In this document: in pieces, positions 1 through 12,710 of the stretch | How the letters are laid out: each line of letters starts with the position of its first letter | Numbering within the stretch: the first letter of the stretch is position 1 | NCBI RefSeq assembly: GCF_006345805.1 | Contig: NC_043005.1 | Span: forward strand, 82,832,001 to 82,896,000 | Source of the DNA: Octopus sinensis | Lineage: Eukaryota | Length of the DNA stretch: 64,000 bases | Direction: 5' to 3' | Notes under the pieces: model-generated | The model's database searches: none | What the model saw: only the letters and a program-made list of their open reading frames with translations | What the model was told of the DNA's origin: nothing | Program-made: the position numbers and the translations under genes

Positions 1-470
1 GGTAGCAATCAGCCCCTTTTTGCTATCATTCCCAGGGCACCTATGACAACAGGTATTGTTTTAGTCTTCAGGTTCCACATTTTGCTGATTTCTATTTCAA
101 GATCTTTATATTTGCTCAGTTTTTGGTAGGTCTTGACAGATACGTTCATATCGATTGGGACAGTCATATCAATGAGGAGGCATGTTCTTTGTCTGAAGTC
201 TTTCAATATGATGTCTGGCCTATTTGCATCTATCTTTCTGTCAGTATGAATGGTAAAGTTTCAGAGGAGTGAGATGTGGTCATTTTCAAGCACTGGAGGT
301 GGTTTGTTTTCCCACCAGATTTTTTCATGGGGCAAATCCAGGTTTTTGCAAATTACCCAGTGAATATATTGTGCAGCTCTATCATGCCTGTTGAGCTACT
401 CTCTTGGCGCTAGAAGACTGCACTTGGAGACATGATCAATGGTTTCATTTTGTTATTGTGGAGACAACAT
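1..470 (-). mobile_element. R4/Dong-like non-LTR retrotransposon fragment, C-terminal restriction-like endonuclease (RLE) domain, decayed
   Basis: Minus strand reads ..HDRAAQYIHWVICK..NFTIHTDRKIDANRPDI..CLLIDMTVP..K..KY..L...IPVVIGALG, matching the RHD..PD..D..K..KY..GA.G RLE signature. It has a stop and frameshifts, and is bordered by (TTA)n. Confidence 0.85.
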
Positions 471-536
471 GCTCAATTTATTATTATTATTATTATCATT
501 ATTATTCGGGCTAAAACATTTTAAAGGATTTTAAGG

Positions 537-584
<48 letters not shown>

Positions 585-593
585 TATTATTAT

Positions 594-1082
594 TCAGTAG
601 TTTTATTTTCATATCGTACCTTCACATCACTACCGAGCACAGCTCTGTGTGCCTTGGGTATGTGCTGTGGTTCATTGTGATGCTCTTATGATTACTGTAT
701 TGAGAGTGTTTTACGTAGGATTTGTGCAGTGCTTAGTAGTGCTATTTTCTGTATGTTATATATACTTGTAGGTCCTGGTGTCTTTGTTATGTATTTGTCT
801 GAATATTTTTTTTATCATACCTATTGCGCCTACTATGATAGGACTTGTTTCTGGTTTTAGATTCCACATTCTGGTTACCTCTATTTCCAGGTCTTTGTGT
901 TTTGAAAGTTTCTCCATTTCCCAATAGAGACACATTGTCATCTGCTGGTATTGATACATCAATTAGAAAGCATTTTTTTCTTCATGATCTCTGACAACTA
1001 TATCTGGCTATTGGCCTTAATTTCTCTATCTGTGTGTATTGGCATATCCCAAACTATGGTTGGTATCTCGTTTTCTGTGAAC

Positions 1083-1084
<2 letters not shown>
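594..1084 (-). mobile_element. Second R4/Dong-like LINE 3' end (RLE domain plus 3' UTR), 5'-truncated
   Basis: ORF 756..962 EKLSKHKDLEIEVTRMWNLKPETSPIIVGAIG is paralogous to the element at 1-470. The 3' end runs into (AAT)n on the minus strand, and (TTA)n lies on both sides. Confidence 0.85.
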
Positions 1085-1116
<32 letters not shown>

Positions 1117-1666
1117 GAGTGAGAGAGCAGTGCATGCCATCAAAGTGACACTGGGGTAAAATATACGAAGCCCAATATACCCATCATGACTACCCGTCTG
1201 ATAAAGGTACACCAGGCACATGCATCACAACCATATGTGCGCGACATGGTGATCTCATATCAAGATAAACAGCACATGACCTTGCAGGTGGGGCCCAGTT
1301 AGAATTTTCTTCAGATTGAGTAGCCCATCCCGCTCAAACGGTCCCTGAATAAGGGTTGTTTAAGGATGTTGAAAGAACCACCCATGTTTCCAGAGGTGAA
1401 CTATTCAAACCCCAAAGATCCCTCTCAACACATGGATGATGCTCCCCCACTACTTCTGCTCGTGATCAGAGATGCACATATTGTCAGCCACGAAGGGACA
1501 TGCTCAACTGGTTAAGGTCAAACAACTGACAAGCAAATCTGTGGTATTGAGCAGAATATTTGCTGTAGCCCATCTTTTATACCAAGACAAAACAATGTAC
1601 ATGATAACACTTCCAATCAGTTAAGATCAGAAGCCATGAGAGCCACTGCCTGGTACTGCATCAGGG

Positions 1667-1668
<2 letters not shown>
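1117..1668. mobile_element. ~550-bp non-coding interspersed element sitting inside a (TTA)n array (probably non-autonomous)
   Basis: Complex sequence with sharp borders between TTA repeats at 1086-1116 and 1669 onward, and no credible ORF. Confidence 0.55.
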
Positions 1669-1697
<29 letters not shown>

Positions 1698-1700
1698 GTT

Positions 1701-1774
<74 letters not shown>

Positions 1775-1783
1775 CAGCAGCAG
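1668..1783. repeat. Compound (TTA)n/(TTG)n/(CAG)n microsatellite
   Basis: Directly visible in the sequence. Confidence 0.95.
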
Positions 1784-2149
1784 CAATAGAGTCACCGTCA
1801 TCTGAATCATCATTCGAAAGATGATGATGATCATGATCATTACTATCGTCTTAAACATTTACCTCTTCCGCCATGTTTGTTGTTGATAGTTTTCTCTTTC
1901 GTTGCTCATATTCGCCATATTAGCAGCTATTGTTGTCGCTGCTGCTGCTGCTGCTGTTACAGTTGCTGCCAGAACTATGAGTAAAACTATAAGAGTCCTC
2001 GTCGTCATCTTCCTCATCAACATATTGAACACATGATGCTGATGAGGATGATGGCACTAAGAAAATAATGGTGGTACTGATGATGCAAAAGGAGGTGGAT
2101 GATGATAATGACGATAATTCTGTGTAATTGTACTTTCACAGATGTTATA

Positions 2150-2170
2150 TGCACACACACACACCTACAT

Positions 2171-2232
<62 letters not shown>

Positions 2233-2353
2233 ATATACATATGTCCATATATATATATATATATACATATGTATATATATACACATACACGCACACGTGC
2301 ACACACACACGCACACACACACACACCCCAAACACACATGTATATATATATAT
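2150..2353. repeat. (CA)n/(TA)n/(TG)n compound microsatellite
   Basis: Directly visible; source of several spurious ORFs. Confidence 0.95.
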
Positions 2354-2793
2354 CATAATCTAATGTTTTTTTAGCACTTTGTTACAGTTTTCGTTTTCCT
2401 CTTGTTAGTGTCTTTTTTCTTCTTGATCTCATTATTGTTCCGTTGTTTCTGTTCTTTTTGTTGCCGTCGGTTGTTGTTGTTGTTGCGATCAGTAATTTTG
2501 TTCTAGTTCTGTAATTCTTTTTATTATTCCTGTTGTTGTTGCTGTTGTTTGTAGTAGTGGTGGAAGTGGAAGTGGAGCTGATTGTCGTTTTGACTGCGAT
2601 GTTGGAGTGATTTTTATATCTGTCTATTGTAATGTTTGTAGTTAACGTAGTCTTTGAAGGAGAAAATGATGTTGAAAAGTAAGAAAATATAACGAATAAA
2701 ATAAATGCATCGAAAAGACTTGCAAAGAAAATAGACTCAACAACAGCAAAAATAGCGACTACAGTCATATCAACAGCAACAATAAGAAAACAT

Positions 2794-3123
2794 AGTGATG
2801 ATGATGATTATGGTGCTGATGGTGATGATGATGACAACGATGATGATGACGACGACGACGACGAAGATGATGATGATGATGATGATGATGATGACGGTGG
2901 TGGTGCTGGTGCTGGTGCTGGTGGTGCTGGTGCTGGTGGTGGTACTGGTGGTGGTTGTGGTGGTGTTGGTGGTGGTGGTGGTGGTTGTGGTGGTGGCGGC
3001 GATGGCGGTGGCGATGGTGGTGGTGATGATGATGACAATGATGATGATGATAAGAAGAAGGAGGGAGGGGACGGAGCGGAGGATGGTGTTGCTGGTGATG
3101 ATGACTTGTTATGACGGTGGTGG

Positions 3124-3160
<37 letters not shown>

Positions 3161-3262
3161 AATGATGATGATGACAGCCTTGCTGTTGCTGTTGGTGCTA
3201 GTGCTGGTGGTGATGCTGATGATCATATCGGTGACGATGATGACGGTGATGACGATGATAAA
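2794..3262. repeat. Long compound trinucleotide repeat (GAT/GGT/GAC/GCT)n
   Basis: Directly visible; gives poly-His, poly-Asp and poly-Val pseudo-ORFs on both strands. Confidence 0.95.
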
Positions 3263-3594
3263 ACAACGATGAGGCAAGATTTAATGAAAGACAGATAAGT
3301 TTTTAATAAAAGTTTGAATGAATGAAATGATGAAATTGAAGATCAAAAGAGAAGACAAATTTTAAAGAAAAATAATGGAATTTGTCGATAACTTATTTTA
3401 AAACGATGCAGTTTTGTTTTTATTTCTGCAAATTTTCTTCATTTTTTTCCTTTCAGCTTTTAGTAGTTGATGTTGTTTTTATAGAAAATGAACAATCTTA
3501 TGATAAAAATAAAACGGACGACTGATGTTCAGAATGTTTCTTCAGTCTAAAGCCTCTCATTTACTGTGTTTTACAGAAAAATATCATATTGATT

Positions 3595-3820
3595 TTTATC
3601 TTTGGCACAAAGCATCGAATTTGTAAGAAACTGACATAGTTTATTGGCCTTTGTCTCCAGGATCTTACTGGTATCATATATGTCGCTTTCACATTTTGGA
3701 ACGTTATTTTATCAAAAGGACGAAAAGCAAGGTTGACTTCACCTGGATTTGAACTCAGGACGTAAAGACAAATGAAATGCTGCTAAAGAGTTTTCCCCCG
3801 GGTGCTAATGATTCCGCCAG
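3595..3820 (-). mobile_element. Decayed MetaSINE-type SINE
   Basis: aaggacgaaaagcaaggttgacttcacctggatttgaactcaggacgtaaagac..gattccgccag is the reverse complement of the family seen at 8941. Confidence 0.7.
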
Positions 3821-5529
3821 GGAGCGTTGCTACGAGACTGCTTGGTCTGCTAGAAATAGGAAGTAAATCTTTAACTCGCATGGCCTACAGTATAGAAGGA
3901 AGAACGTTGGACTATTTAGTCGTAAATATACATTATTTGATAACAGGACAGGATGTTCATTGATGGAACTTCTTGATTATATGTATGACAGAATAGGGTT
4001 GAGAGCGTACCAAATGACTAAAGCCTCACTTGAATTATAGGACTCAAAATACAGATCTCAGATGGTCATTCGACCCGTTAGAAATAGTAGCCAAATCGAT
4101 AATATTGTGTACCATGCTGTCTGTAAAAGCGAAAGAGGTATTCTTTGGTTAATGTATTCCTAAAGACACTATGAATAAATAACAAGTTATAACTGCCGAA
4201 TGAGTCGTTCGATCATATATGTGCTTGATCGGAGCTGAAGAGACATTAATAAGGATAAAAACTTAACTCAGAATGATATTAAGCCAGAACATAAATAATT
4301 CACTTCAAATTTGAACACGCAAAAGCATTTTGTTGAAATAAGTATTGACTACAATAATGAACACCAGGATACTACTGGTAATAATTATACAAACTCCGAA
4401 AGTATCAATCGCAAAATTCACAGCGATAAGTCTGGAGATGAGAACGTGACGAAGCGAAACTAGATATTATATGGCACTTTGTTCACAGCAAAACTGGATA
4501 CTATATGGCGCTTTGTTCACCGCTGCCGCTCAGCCGATTCTGGCAATCCAGTTTGACGTGAGTGTATATAACCAGTAAAAAACAAAATCTACGAGTATAT
4601 CAGAGATATGTTTGTTTCATATATATTAAGAATAGAAAGTATGAAACATCCATGACTAATAATCTTTTATGAATGCCTGTCTTGAGAAACAAAAGAGTTT
4701 TGACCTTTTGTTTAGTCAGGATTTGAAATCATTTGAAAGGGCGCTGGTGTTGTTACTAATTCTCACGATGGCACAGGAGTAACAAATCTAGAACTGATAC
4801 TTGGGTTGAATATGCAATTGTCGTAGGGAATCTTGGAGTCGGAAAATCCAAACTTGGTTTTACATGTGTAACACAAAGGGATACAAAATGATGTAATAGG
4901 CGAAAACAGAGCGAGTAACCAATGCAAGTCAGGGAATTGATAAGCCGAATGATTGCGGAATTCCCGGAAGTCAATGTATCAAAACATTGTGTTATATCCA
5001 AACATGTGACTTAGTCAGAACGATCGCAATATTGTATATTCTGGTATGAGACGGCATGACATAAATGTTTTAAAAAAGAGAGAACTCGGAAAAAATCTTG
5101 TAAGCAGGTATTAGCATAGCCTGAATTCGGTGCACAGATTAGTGTTGTATGTTGAAGACTGTAAAACTTTACAACATGTATCTACCCAACGAGTTCTTGC
5201 CATAGGCTAAACCACGACCATAGCAATAACGATTTGCAGCCAACAAGGAAGCGTCTGTGTTGCAGATCAATTTACAAGAAATATCAATAGAAATTCCTTC
5301 AAATCACACTCTGCTGTTTTGCTTTTATTTTCATTTTTAAATACGGTAGTTGCTTTAGACGGCGTAAAACTGTGCATTTTGTTTTGAAAACAATGCAGAC
5401 AATCAGAGTGTGAGGAACGTATGGTTAATCAGCATTAAGACACACCTCTAATGCGTCTCCATTCTCATCTCACACCACAAACAGATGGTGCAAGTACTTC
5501 TGATGTCTTGTATTTATTCAGTATGTGAA

Positions 5530-5852
5530 GACTCACACACGCACACAATCACACACATACACATTCACACACACACATGCATACACGCGCGCGCGACACA
5601 CACGCGCACACACGTACACATGCACACACAACAAGCACGTACACACATAGGCAGGAGAACAAACAGAGATAGACGTTTATATGTGTATGCAAATATATAT
5701 ATACATATATTTTGTGAATGTATGTATGTATGTATGTATGTATGTATATATATATATATATACGTATGTATTTGCATATACACATGTATAAAAATATGCA
5801 TAGATATATGTGTGTGTTTTTCTGTGTATGTATGGTGTGTACATAGATTCCA

Positions 5853-5929
<77 letters not shown>

Positions 5930-5942
5930 CATATATATATAA
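5530..5942. repeat. (CA)n/(TATG)n/(TA)n microsatellite block
   Basis: Directly visible. Confidence 0.95.
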
Positions 5943-6123
5943 TCTTTGTTCACCGATATTTCCCTCAAGTTGAAATGGATTATCTTTTTACAGCATCCTA
6001 CTTAATCAATGAAGCAAGCTTTACACTTCTTGTCACGTATAACTACTTAACCCGTGAGTTGAGTGAAACCTAGCTTCTCTCATCTTATTGCAATCCACAG
6101 GAACAAGTTTCAAGTTAAGCCAA

Positions 6124-6162
<39 letters not shown>

Positions 6163-6379
6163 AAGAAAATAGAATTATTTTACACAGGAAATTCCAGGAA
6201 AATAAAACCGATGCCTGGTACAAAAAAAGAACTGTGATTTACAATAGTAAGTGAATAGGATCAATTAAACTGCTAAAATACACTGGACTTATTTCCTATG
6301 ATATTCGTGACTCTGCATGCTTAGACGATTCGTGGTCGCTATGTAGATGTAGAATATAAGGAAAACGAATCCCTTGAAA

Positions 6380-6495
6380 TAACATACATATACACACACT
6401 CACACACATGTACGCATGCGTGTATATATATATATATTTACATACACACACACACATATATATGCATACATACATATATATATACATATATAATA

Positions 6496-6533
<38 letters not shown>

Positions 6534-7125
6534 ATATATATATATATATTATATATTATATATAATATATATATATATATATATAAACAGACATATATAT
6601 ATTTGCATACATATATATATGTATGTATACATGCACAATCATATGTATTTATACACATGAACAAATAGTTTGTGTGTGTGCGTGCGTGTGCGCACGTGTG
6701 TATGTGTGCGTAGTTGAAATGATAAATAGATCTTTTTCTTGAAAGAATGTGACGAAGGCTACAAGTAAGAAAAATCTCAGTGCACATAACACTAACAGAT
6801 AAACAGACAAACACAAACATACACACACAAACTTCCATGCACACATTCGTACAAACATACACACGCACACACATGTTCTTTTGTACCCGGTTGTAGAACT
6901 GTCTCAAAAGTATGTAAGTATCTTGTCAAAGAACCAATAGACGTGTTTACTAACATATTTCTGTAGTTGCGATGTTCTTGATATGTGAGAAAGAAAAAAC
7001 AGAAAAAGTGGTAGAGAGTTAGACATACAGACACTAAGAGAGAGAGAGAGAGAGAGAGTGTGTGTGTGTATGTGTGTGAGTGTGTGTGTATGTGTGTGAG
7101 TGTGTGTGTATGTGTGTGTGTATGA
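6380..7125. repeat. (TA)n/(TG)n/(GA)n microsatellite-rich block
   Basis: Directly visible. Confidence 0.9.
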
Positions 7126-7913
7126 GAAGGACACATACAGACTAAGAGAGAAAGAAAAAGAAGTGAGCGTTAGACAGACAAATAGACAGACCGGTAGACA
7201 GATGGAGAAAGAGAAAGTCTATAATAGACTTTATTGGAAGCTAAAAATGATCAATCCTCTGAGTTTCACGTTTGCGATCTTCAGACGAAAAGGTTGAAGA
7301 ATTTTCTGAAGATATTTAAGGTCAATTCTGAAACTCAATCAATTAAAGCTAACATGAAACACCGATTATGTTAGATTAGCCCACATCTTGGCTTTAGGAA
7401 CATGTTATTTTGTTGCATGAATCGTGCGGTAGTTATTGTAAGTATGGAAAAGATAAAATATAGAAATTGTAGAAAAGGCGGAGAAAGAAGTTCATACTGA
7501 GAAGAAAACAGGGAAGAAAGGAAGAGGAGGGTAAGTGTGAGTACAAAGAAAGGACGGACGATGTTGATAAAGAAGAGCGAAGTGGAAGAAAATGAGGGGA
7601 CATACAATAGAGATAGGAAAGTTGAGAAACGATTATACTAGAAACCCGGAAATGCACGGAGAAAGATGGAGTATAGCATAGATTGGGAAAATAAATGAGG
7701 CGTAGGCATATTAAAATATATTTCTGAAAATATAAAAGAGATCAAAGCATACATATACAATCATATATACATACATTTTTGTGTTTGTGTGTGCGCGCGC
7801 ACGATGTTCATTCAAGAACATTTGAGACCTTTTTAGAAGCAGTTATAACTGTCCTGCATTATTGTAATTTTAGTATATCATTAATATATATCTAATTATC
7901 TGAACACTTTTTT

Positions 7914-8305
7914 TTTTACTCTTTTTACTTGTTTCAGTCATTTGACTGCGGCCATGCTGGAACACCGCCTTTAGTCGAGCAAATCGACCCCCGGGACTTA
8001 TTTTTGTAAGCCCAGTACTTATTCTATCGGTCTCTTTTGCCGAACCTCTAAGTGACGGGGACGCAAACACACCAGCATCGGTTGTCAAGCGATGTTGGGG
8101 GCGACAAACACAGACACACATACATATATATATACATATATACGACAGGCTTCTTTTAGTTTCTGTCTACCAAATCCACTCACAAGGCATTGGTCGGCCC
8201 GAGGCTATAGCAGAAGACACTTGCCCAAGATGCCACGCAGTGGGACTGAACCCGGAACCATGTGGTTGGTAAGCAAGCTACTTACCACACAGCCACTCCT
8301 GCGCC
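7914..8305 (-). mobile_element. tRNA-derived CORE-type SINE (octopus OR/OK-like), near full length
   Basis: Reverse complement of 58989-59422: A box TGGCTGTGTGG, B box GGTTCAGTCCC, CORE-like ggcatcttgggcaagtgtcttc, internal (TA/TG)n and an AGTAAAA(A)G tail. Confidence 0.9.
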
Positions 8306-8389
8306 TATGTTATACATTAGTTATACAAGACTGAAAGAGACAGCTGTAACAGCATTTTGCACATACTATATCAAACACAATTGGTCACA

Positions 8390-8830
8390 GCTGACTACTT
8401 AGCAGAATGCAGTCGGGTTGTTTGGAAGCTCGCTATGCAATGAAGGTTTGTATTAAACTGAGAAAAGACGCTACAGACTTATGAAATGCTCCTGACGGCT
8501 TATGGATTAAAATTTTCGGCGGCACAAGAGATTCCAGGACGGTAGGGACGAGCAGTTTAGCCGATGAGAGATATGGGAAGGAGATGGACGTCAGAGCATC
8601 AGAGCTGGTTGAGAAAATTGGTAATTTTCTAGATAAAGACTAGCGTGTGTCTATAAAGAAAAGAAAGAAACAGTTTGGAGCTGGTGTGTCAAATGTACAA
8701 ATTTGAGCAAGTGTTGTTCCTAGGGTGCTCAGTCACATGCATCCTAGCAACCAACTACTTGACAGAGATTGGCATCAAAACATTTTCTCCCCTCTCTACA
8801 GTCCAGGTCTTACCCCTTGTGACTTTTGGC
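8390..8830 (+). mobile_element. Mariner (DD34D-like) transposase relic, internally deleted
   Basis: An N-terminal ..RYAMKVCIKLRKDAT..YEML-like stretch and a C-terminal PLYSPGLTPCDFW (cf. PYSPDLAPCDF); stops and frameshifts are present. Confidence 0.7.
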
Positions 8831-8927
8831 ATGTATGTATGTATGTATGTATGTATGTATGTATGTATGTATGTATGTATGCTTGTATGTATGTATGTTG
8901 TATGTATGCTTGTATGTATGTATGTAC
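8831..8927. repeat. (TATG)n microsatellite
   Basis: Directly visible. Confidence 0.95.
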
Positions 8928-8940
8928 GTATAGTAGAAAC

Positions 8941-9168
8941 AAGGCGGCGAGTTGGCAGAAACGTTTGCACGCCGGGCGAAATGCTTGCGGTATTTCATCT
9001 GCTATTACGTTCCGAGTTCAAATTCCACCAAGGTCGACTTTGCCTTTCATCCTTTCGAGGTCGATAAATAAAGTACCAGTTACGCACTGGGGTCGATGTA
9101 GTTGACTTAATCCCTTTGTCTGTCTTTGTCCCCTCTATGTTTAGCCCCTTGTGGGCAATAAAAAATAT
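8941..9168 (+). mobile_element. MetaSINE-type tRNA-derived SINE with 13-bp target site duplication
   Basis: B-box-like gagttcaaattcc and Meta-domain-like ggtcgactttgcctttcatcctttcgaggtcgataaataaagtaccag. TSD GTATAGTAGAAAC at 8928-8940 and 9169-9181. Confidence 0.9.
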
Positions 9169-9743
9169 GTATAGTAGAAACTTATCAGTCTTAGCTTGTG
9201 TTATCATTTTTTGAATTAGATGTTGTACAATTTCCACCAGAAATGATTTCTTCATAGCTAGATATTCTAGCATTTATTTCTATTTTAAAGAAAATTTAGG
9301 TTTTTCTCCCTTTTGCAGATTGGTATTATGTTCGAATTGATGAAACAAAAAACAAAACACCACAAAGTTACAACTACAAAGGAATACAGTTAAATATATT
9401 TTGGTGATTACAGGGAAATATATAGCATAACATGACAACGACTATGCACGAATGCCCAGTAGACTGAAGCTAGTTTTGTAGCTTTTAATTGGTCTGGTTA
9501 TACAGTACACATTGCATGACTTTATTGCAGCTTTATTAATTGGTAAGAAGTATATGCTACTAATTTCCCACGTTTACAAATCTGACTTTCCCTCAATGAA
9601 TATTTCAGATATGATCTCAAAGCAATTCCATCGTGCCGTATTACTAATATATTAACAATTTCTTCTCTAAAATGGTCACAATTCAATTCATGTCGTTTTA
9701 GGATTTCTATTTTTTATATTACTTGTGTGCGAATATTAGTCTC

Positions 9744-9774
9744 TGTGTGTGTGTATGTGTGTGTGTGCGTGTGT

Positions 9775-9869
<95 letters not shown>
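9744..9869. repeat. Long (TG)n microsatellite
   Basis: Directly visible. Confidence 0.97.
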
Positions 9870-9871
<2 letters not shown>

Positions 9872-10162
9872 CGTCCGCGCATGTGTGTGGACACGTTTTT
9901 GTAATACGGTAAGTTCGTGCAATCACATACTAACAATAACTTTTGTACAAAAACGCGGTAACACTAACTCTATCACACATCATATATATGCATACACACA
10001 TACACACGTAAATAGATAGACAGGCAGACCGGCAGGCAAGCAGACAGGCAGACAGAGGGACAGGCAATAAGATAGACATGGACAAATATATTATATATAT
10101 CTTATCTTCTATATATGTGTACGTGGGTGCGTGTGTGTGTGCGTGCGTCTGTGAGTGTAAAT

Positions 10163-10655
10163 AGTCGGGTCACTCTCGAGCGCTCTGGGTAACATTTAAC
10201 CCAGTACTTGTTGCATGGTCGGGTCGTCGAGGACTAAATCGGCAACCCCACCAAGCTTGCTTGTTGAAAAGGGTGATTTAGTGGAGACATTGCGGGACGA
10301 AAAGCAAAGCCCGTCAAAAGGTGGAGGGACACAAGAGAATCAACGCCCATTCGATGCTGTGCGTAGTTAGCTGGCTGGCTGGATACCGGGAAAATATGCC
10401 ACGAGACGCATATATTCTTGGGTTGTTGTCTGCAAGTACAAAAGGATCACTGTGTGTGAGGAACCCCTGGTCTTCCATCTATGAGTAGTCTAACACGTAT
10501 ATGAAACCCACTGCACTGCTCAGGCGGATACCTTGCACGTGGCGGCACATCTCTGGGTTTCCTGATATTGTTGAGAGGGAGTTAGTGTAGAGTTGTTGTG
10601 AAACACAAACTCAACTTAAATCGATGGTTATGCTCTTCTAACTAGACAGCCAATA
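10163..10655 (+). mobile_element. GC-richer interspersed repeat, probably the 5' UTR region of an RTE-type LINE
   Basis: Complex ~50% GC island between microsatellites with no ORF. The resemblance to RTE 5' leaders is recalled, not aligned. Confidence 0.4.
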
Positions 10656-10669
10656 CGTATAAACATACA

Positions 10670-10743
10670 TAGATGTGTGTGTGTGTGTTTATTATGTATG
10701 TATATACAAATATCTATCTATACATACATATTTCAACATCGAC

Positions 10744-10775
<32 letters not shown>

Positions 10776-10778
10776 AAT

Positions 10779-10821
<43 letters not shown>

Positions 10822-10830
10822 CAAATACAT

Positions 10831-10887
<57 letters not shown>

Positions 10888-11370
10888 ATATTATATATAT
10901 ATACATATATATATACATATATACATATATATGAGTCTCTCTGACACTCTCACACACTCTCTATCTCTCTGTTGCTCTCTCTACATACACACACACACAT
11001 ATATATATATATAATGCATGCATATGTATATATTTATATAACTGTTTGTACACACACACATATATAAATAAACTATGGTGCGTGGAAATCAAAATTAAAT
11101 TAGTCGCAGCTACTTTTGATCATTTTAAAGGTAATACTACTAAATTATAGTCATATGTCAAATCTTAACAAGGAACCTCCTTGTATTTCTCATCGTAACT
11201 ACCTCATTCATTTTTGTCCTCTGTTAGAATGGTAATTTATCTGACAACCATCCACTCACATAACACTACATGTAAACACATATAAACACATACACTAACA
11301 TGTATATGTGCGTGGGGGGATATAGATACACATACAAGTAAATATATATATATTATTACATATATATATA

Positions 11371-11414
<44 letters not shown>

Positions 11415-11440
11415 GTATATTTATTTATATATATGAATAC

Positions 11441-11488
<48 letters not shown>

Positions 11489-11625
11489 TATATATACATA
11501 CATACATACATACATACATACATACATACATACATACATACATTATATATATGCACACATAAATATATATGATATATATATATATATATATATATATGCA
11601 TGTGTATGTTCGCGTATAAGTGTGT
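10670..11625. repeat. (TA)n/(CA)n/(TACA)n microsatellite-rich region
   Basis: Directly visible. Confidence 0.9.
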
Positions 11626-12499
11626 ATGAGTTGAATTAACTCATGTACACCCACACTAATGCTACCTAAAACCTCGGTCAGATTATCTTGACAAGAACTG
11701 TATTATTATATTGATTAACACTAAACATTAGCTGTGATACCGCCATATTGTGATTGAACATGCGGGATATTCTGCAATTACAGGGTTTCAAAGCACTAAG
11801 AACATCTTCTCAATAGCATTGCCTCATTAACTGTTCCTTCTATCGATCGCAACTCGTTGCAGTCTTACTGTTTAACCGTGACTATACGATTTCTTTTTTG
11901 AGGGAATATGGCTCAAGGATATAATTTACCGATAATGAAATAATTAAATGCAGAAAAGACATAAAACGGAAGAAATACATGCTGTTCTGCTTTTTTTAAA
12001 GTTATTTAGTGAAACATTCTTCCGTATGTTTTCTTCTTTTGCCTTATTTTTTTGTGGTTATTTTTTGTGCAATTCTTTACATTATTTTCTTTTAAATTCT
12101 TTTGTTTGTGTTAGCTATCACAGCTAGAACTACCTTAGAGTGCAGTCTGCCGTGTACAATTTTTGTGATATGAAATGAAAAGGTTAAATATTCTGGTTAG
12201 TTCAAATTTTTACCTGCCGTTAACTTAATATTATTTGTTGTGTTTTATTATTGTAGATAATATTTTTTACTTTACTTTTACTTTTTCATGGACTTGTGTG
12301 AGTCATATGCCTCGGAACTCTAAATCCATACGCTCACGTCAGATGAGTTGATACAGGGAGGGAGAGAATGAAAAGGAGAGAGAGAGGGTGATTCAAAATA
12401 GCGCACTGTTTCTAATGTGTAAAGACTGAATTCAAATTTGAATTTAAAAACCAAAGAAAGCAACTGAATATATTTCTACCTTAATTCTGATTTTAAGAT

Positions 12500-12710
12500 A
12501 TCCCTTTCTATTATAAGCAAAAGGCCTGGGATTAGGGGAAATGTGGCTTGCCGATTACAGAGACCCAGTACGTTGCTGATGCTTAGTTTATCGCCCTCGA
12601 AATTATAAAAGACGAAGTCGATCTCGGTGAAATTTGAACTCAGAAAGTAAACACAGACGAATTGTTGCTAAACATTTTGAGCGTCGTACTAACGATACTA
12701 CCAGCTGGCT
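12500..12710 (-). mobile_element. MetaSINE-type SINE
   Basis: ccctttctattataagcaaaaggcctg...gaagtcgatctcggtgaaatttgaactcagaa...aacgatactaccagct. Confidence 0.8.

Noticed and set aside
2765-3298. Long His-rich, Asp/Val-rich and Pro/Ser-rich ORFs
   Set aside because: They are translations of a compound trinucleotide microsatellite, open on both strands, with no splice or domain evidence.
10290-10335. Twister-ribozyme-like 3' half AAGCCCGtcAAAAGGTGGAGGG
   Set aside because: The UCCC needed for pseudoknot T1 is absent (gcaa instead), and I find no matching P1-UAA-P2 5' strand.
12295-12350. Minus-strand CUGACGU..GAGG CAUAUG AC hammerhead-like relic
   Set aside because: At least four core changes and no stem I; indistinguishable from chance.
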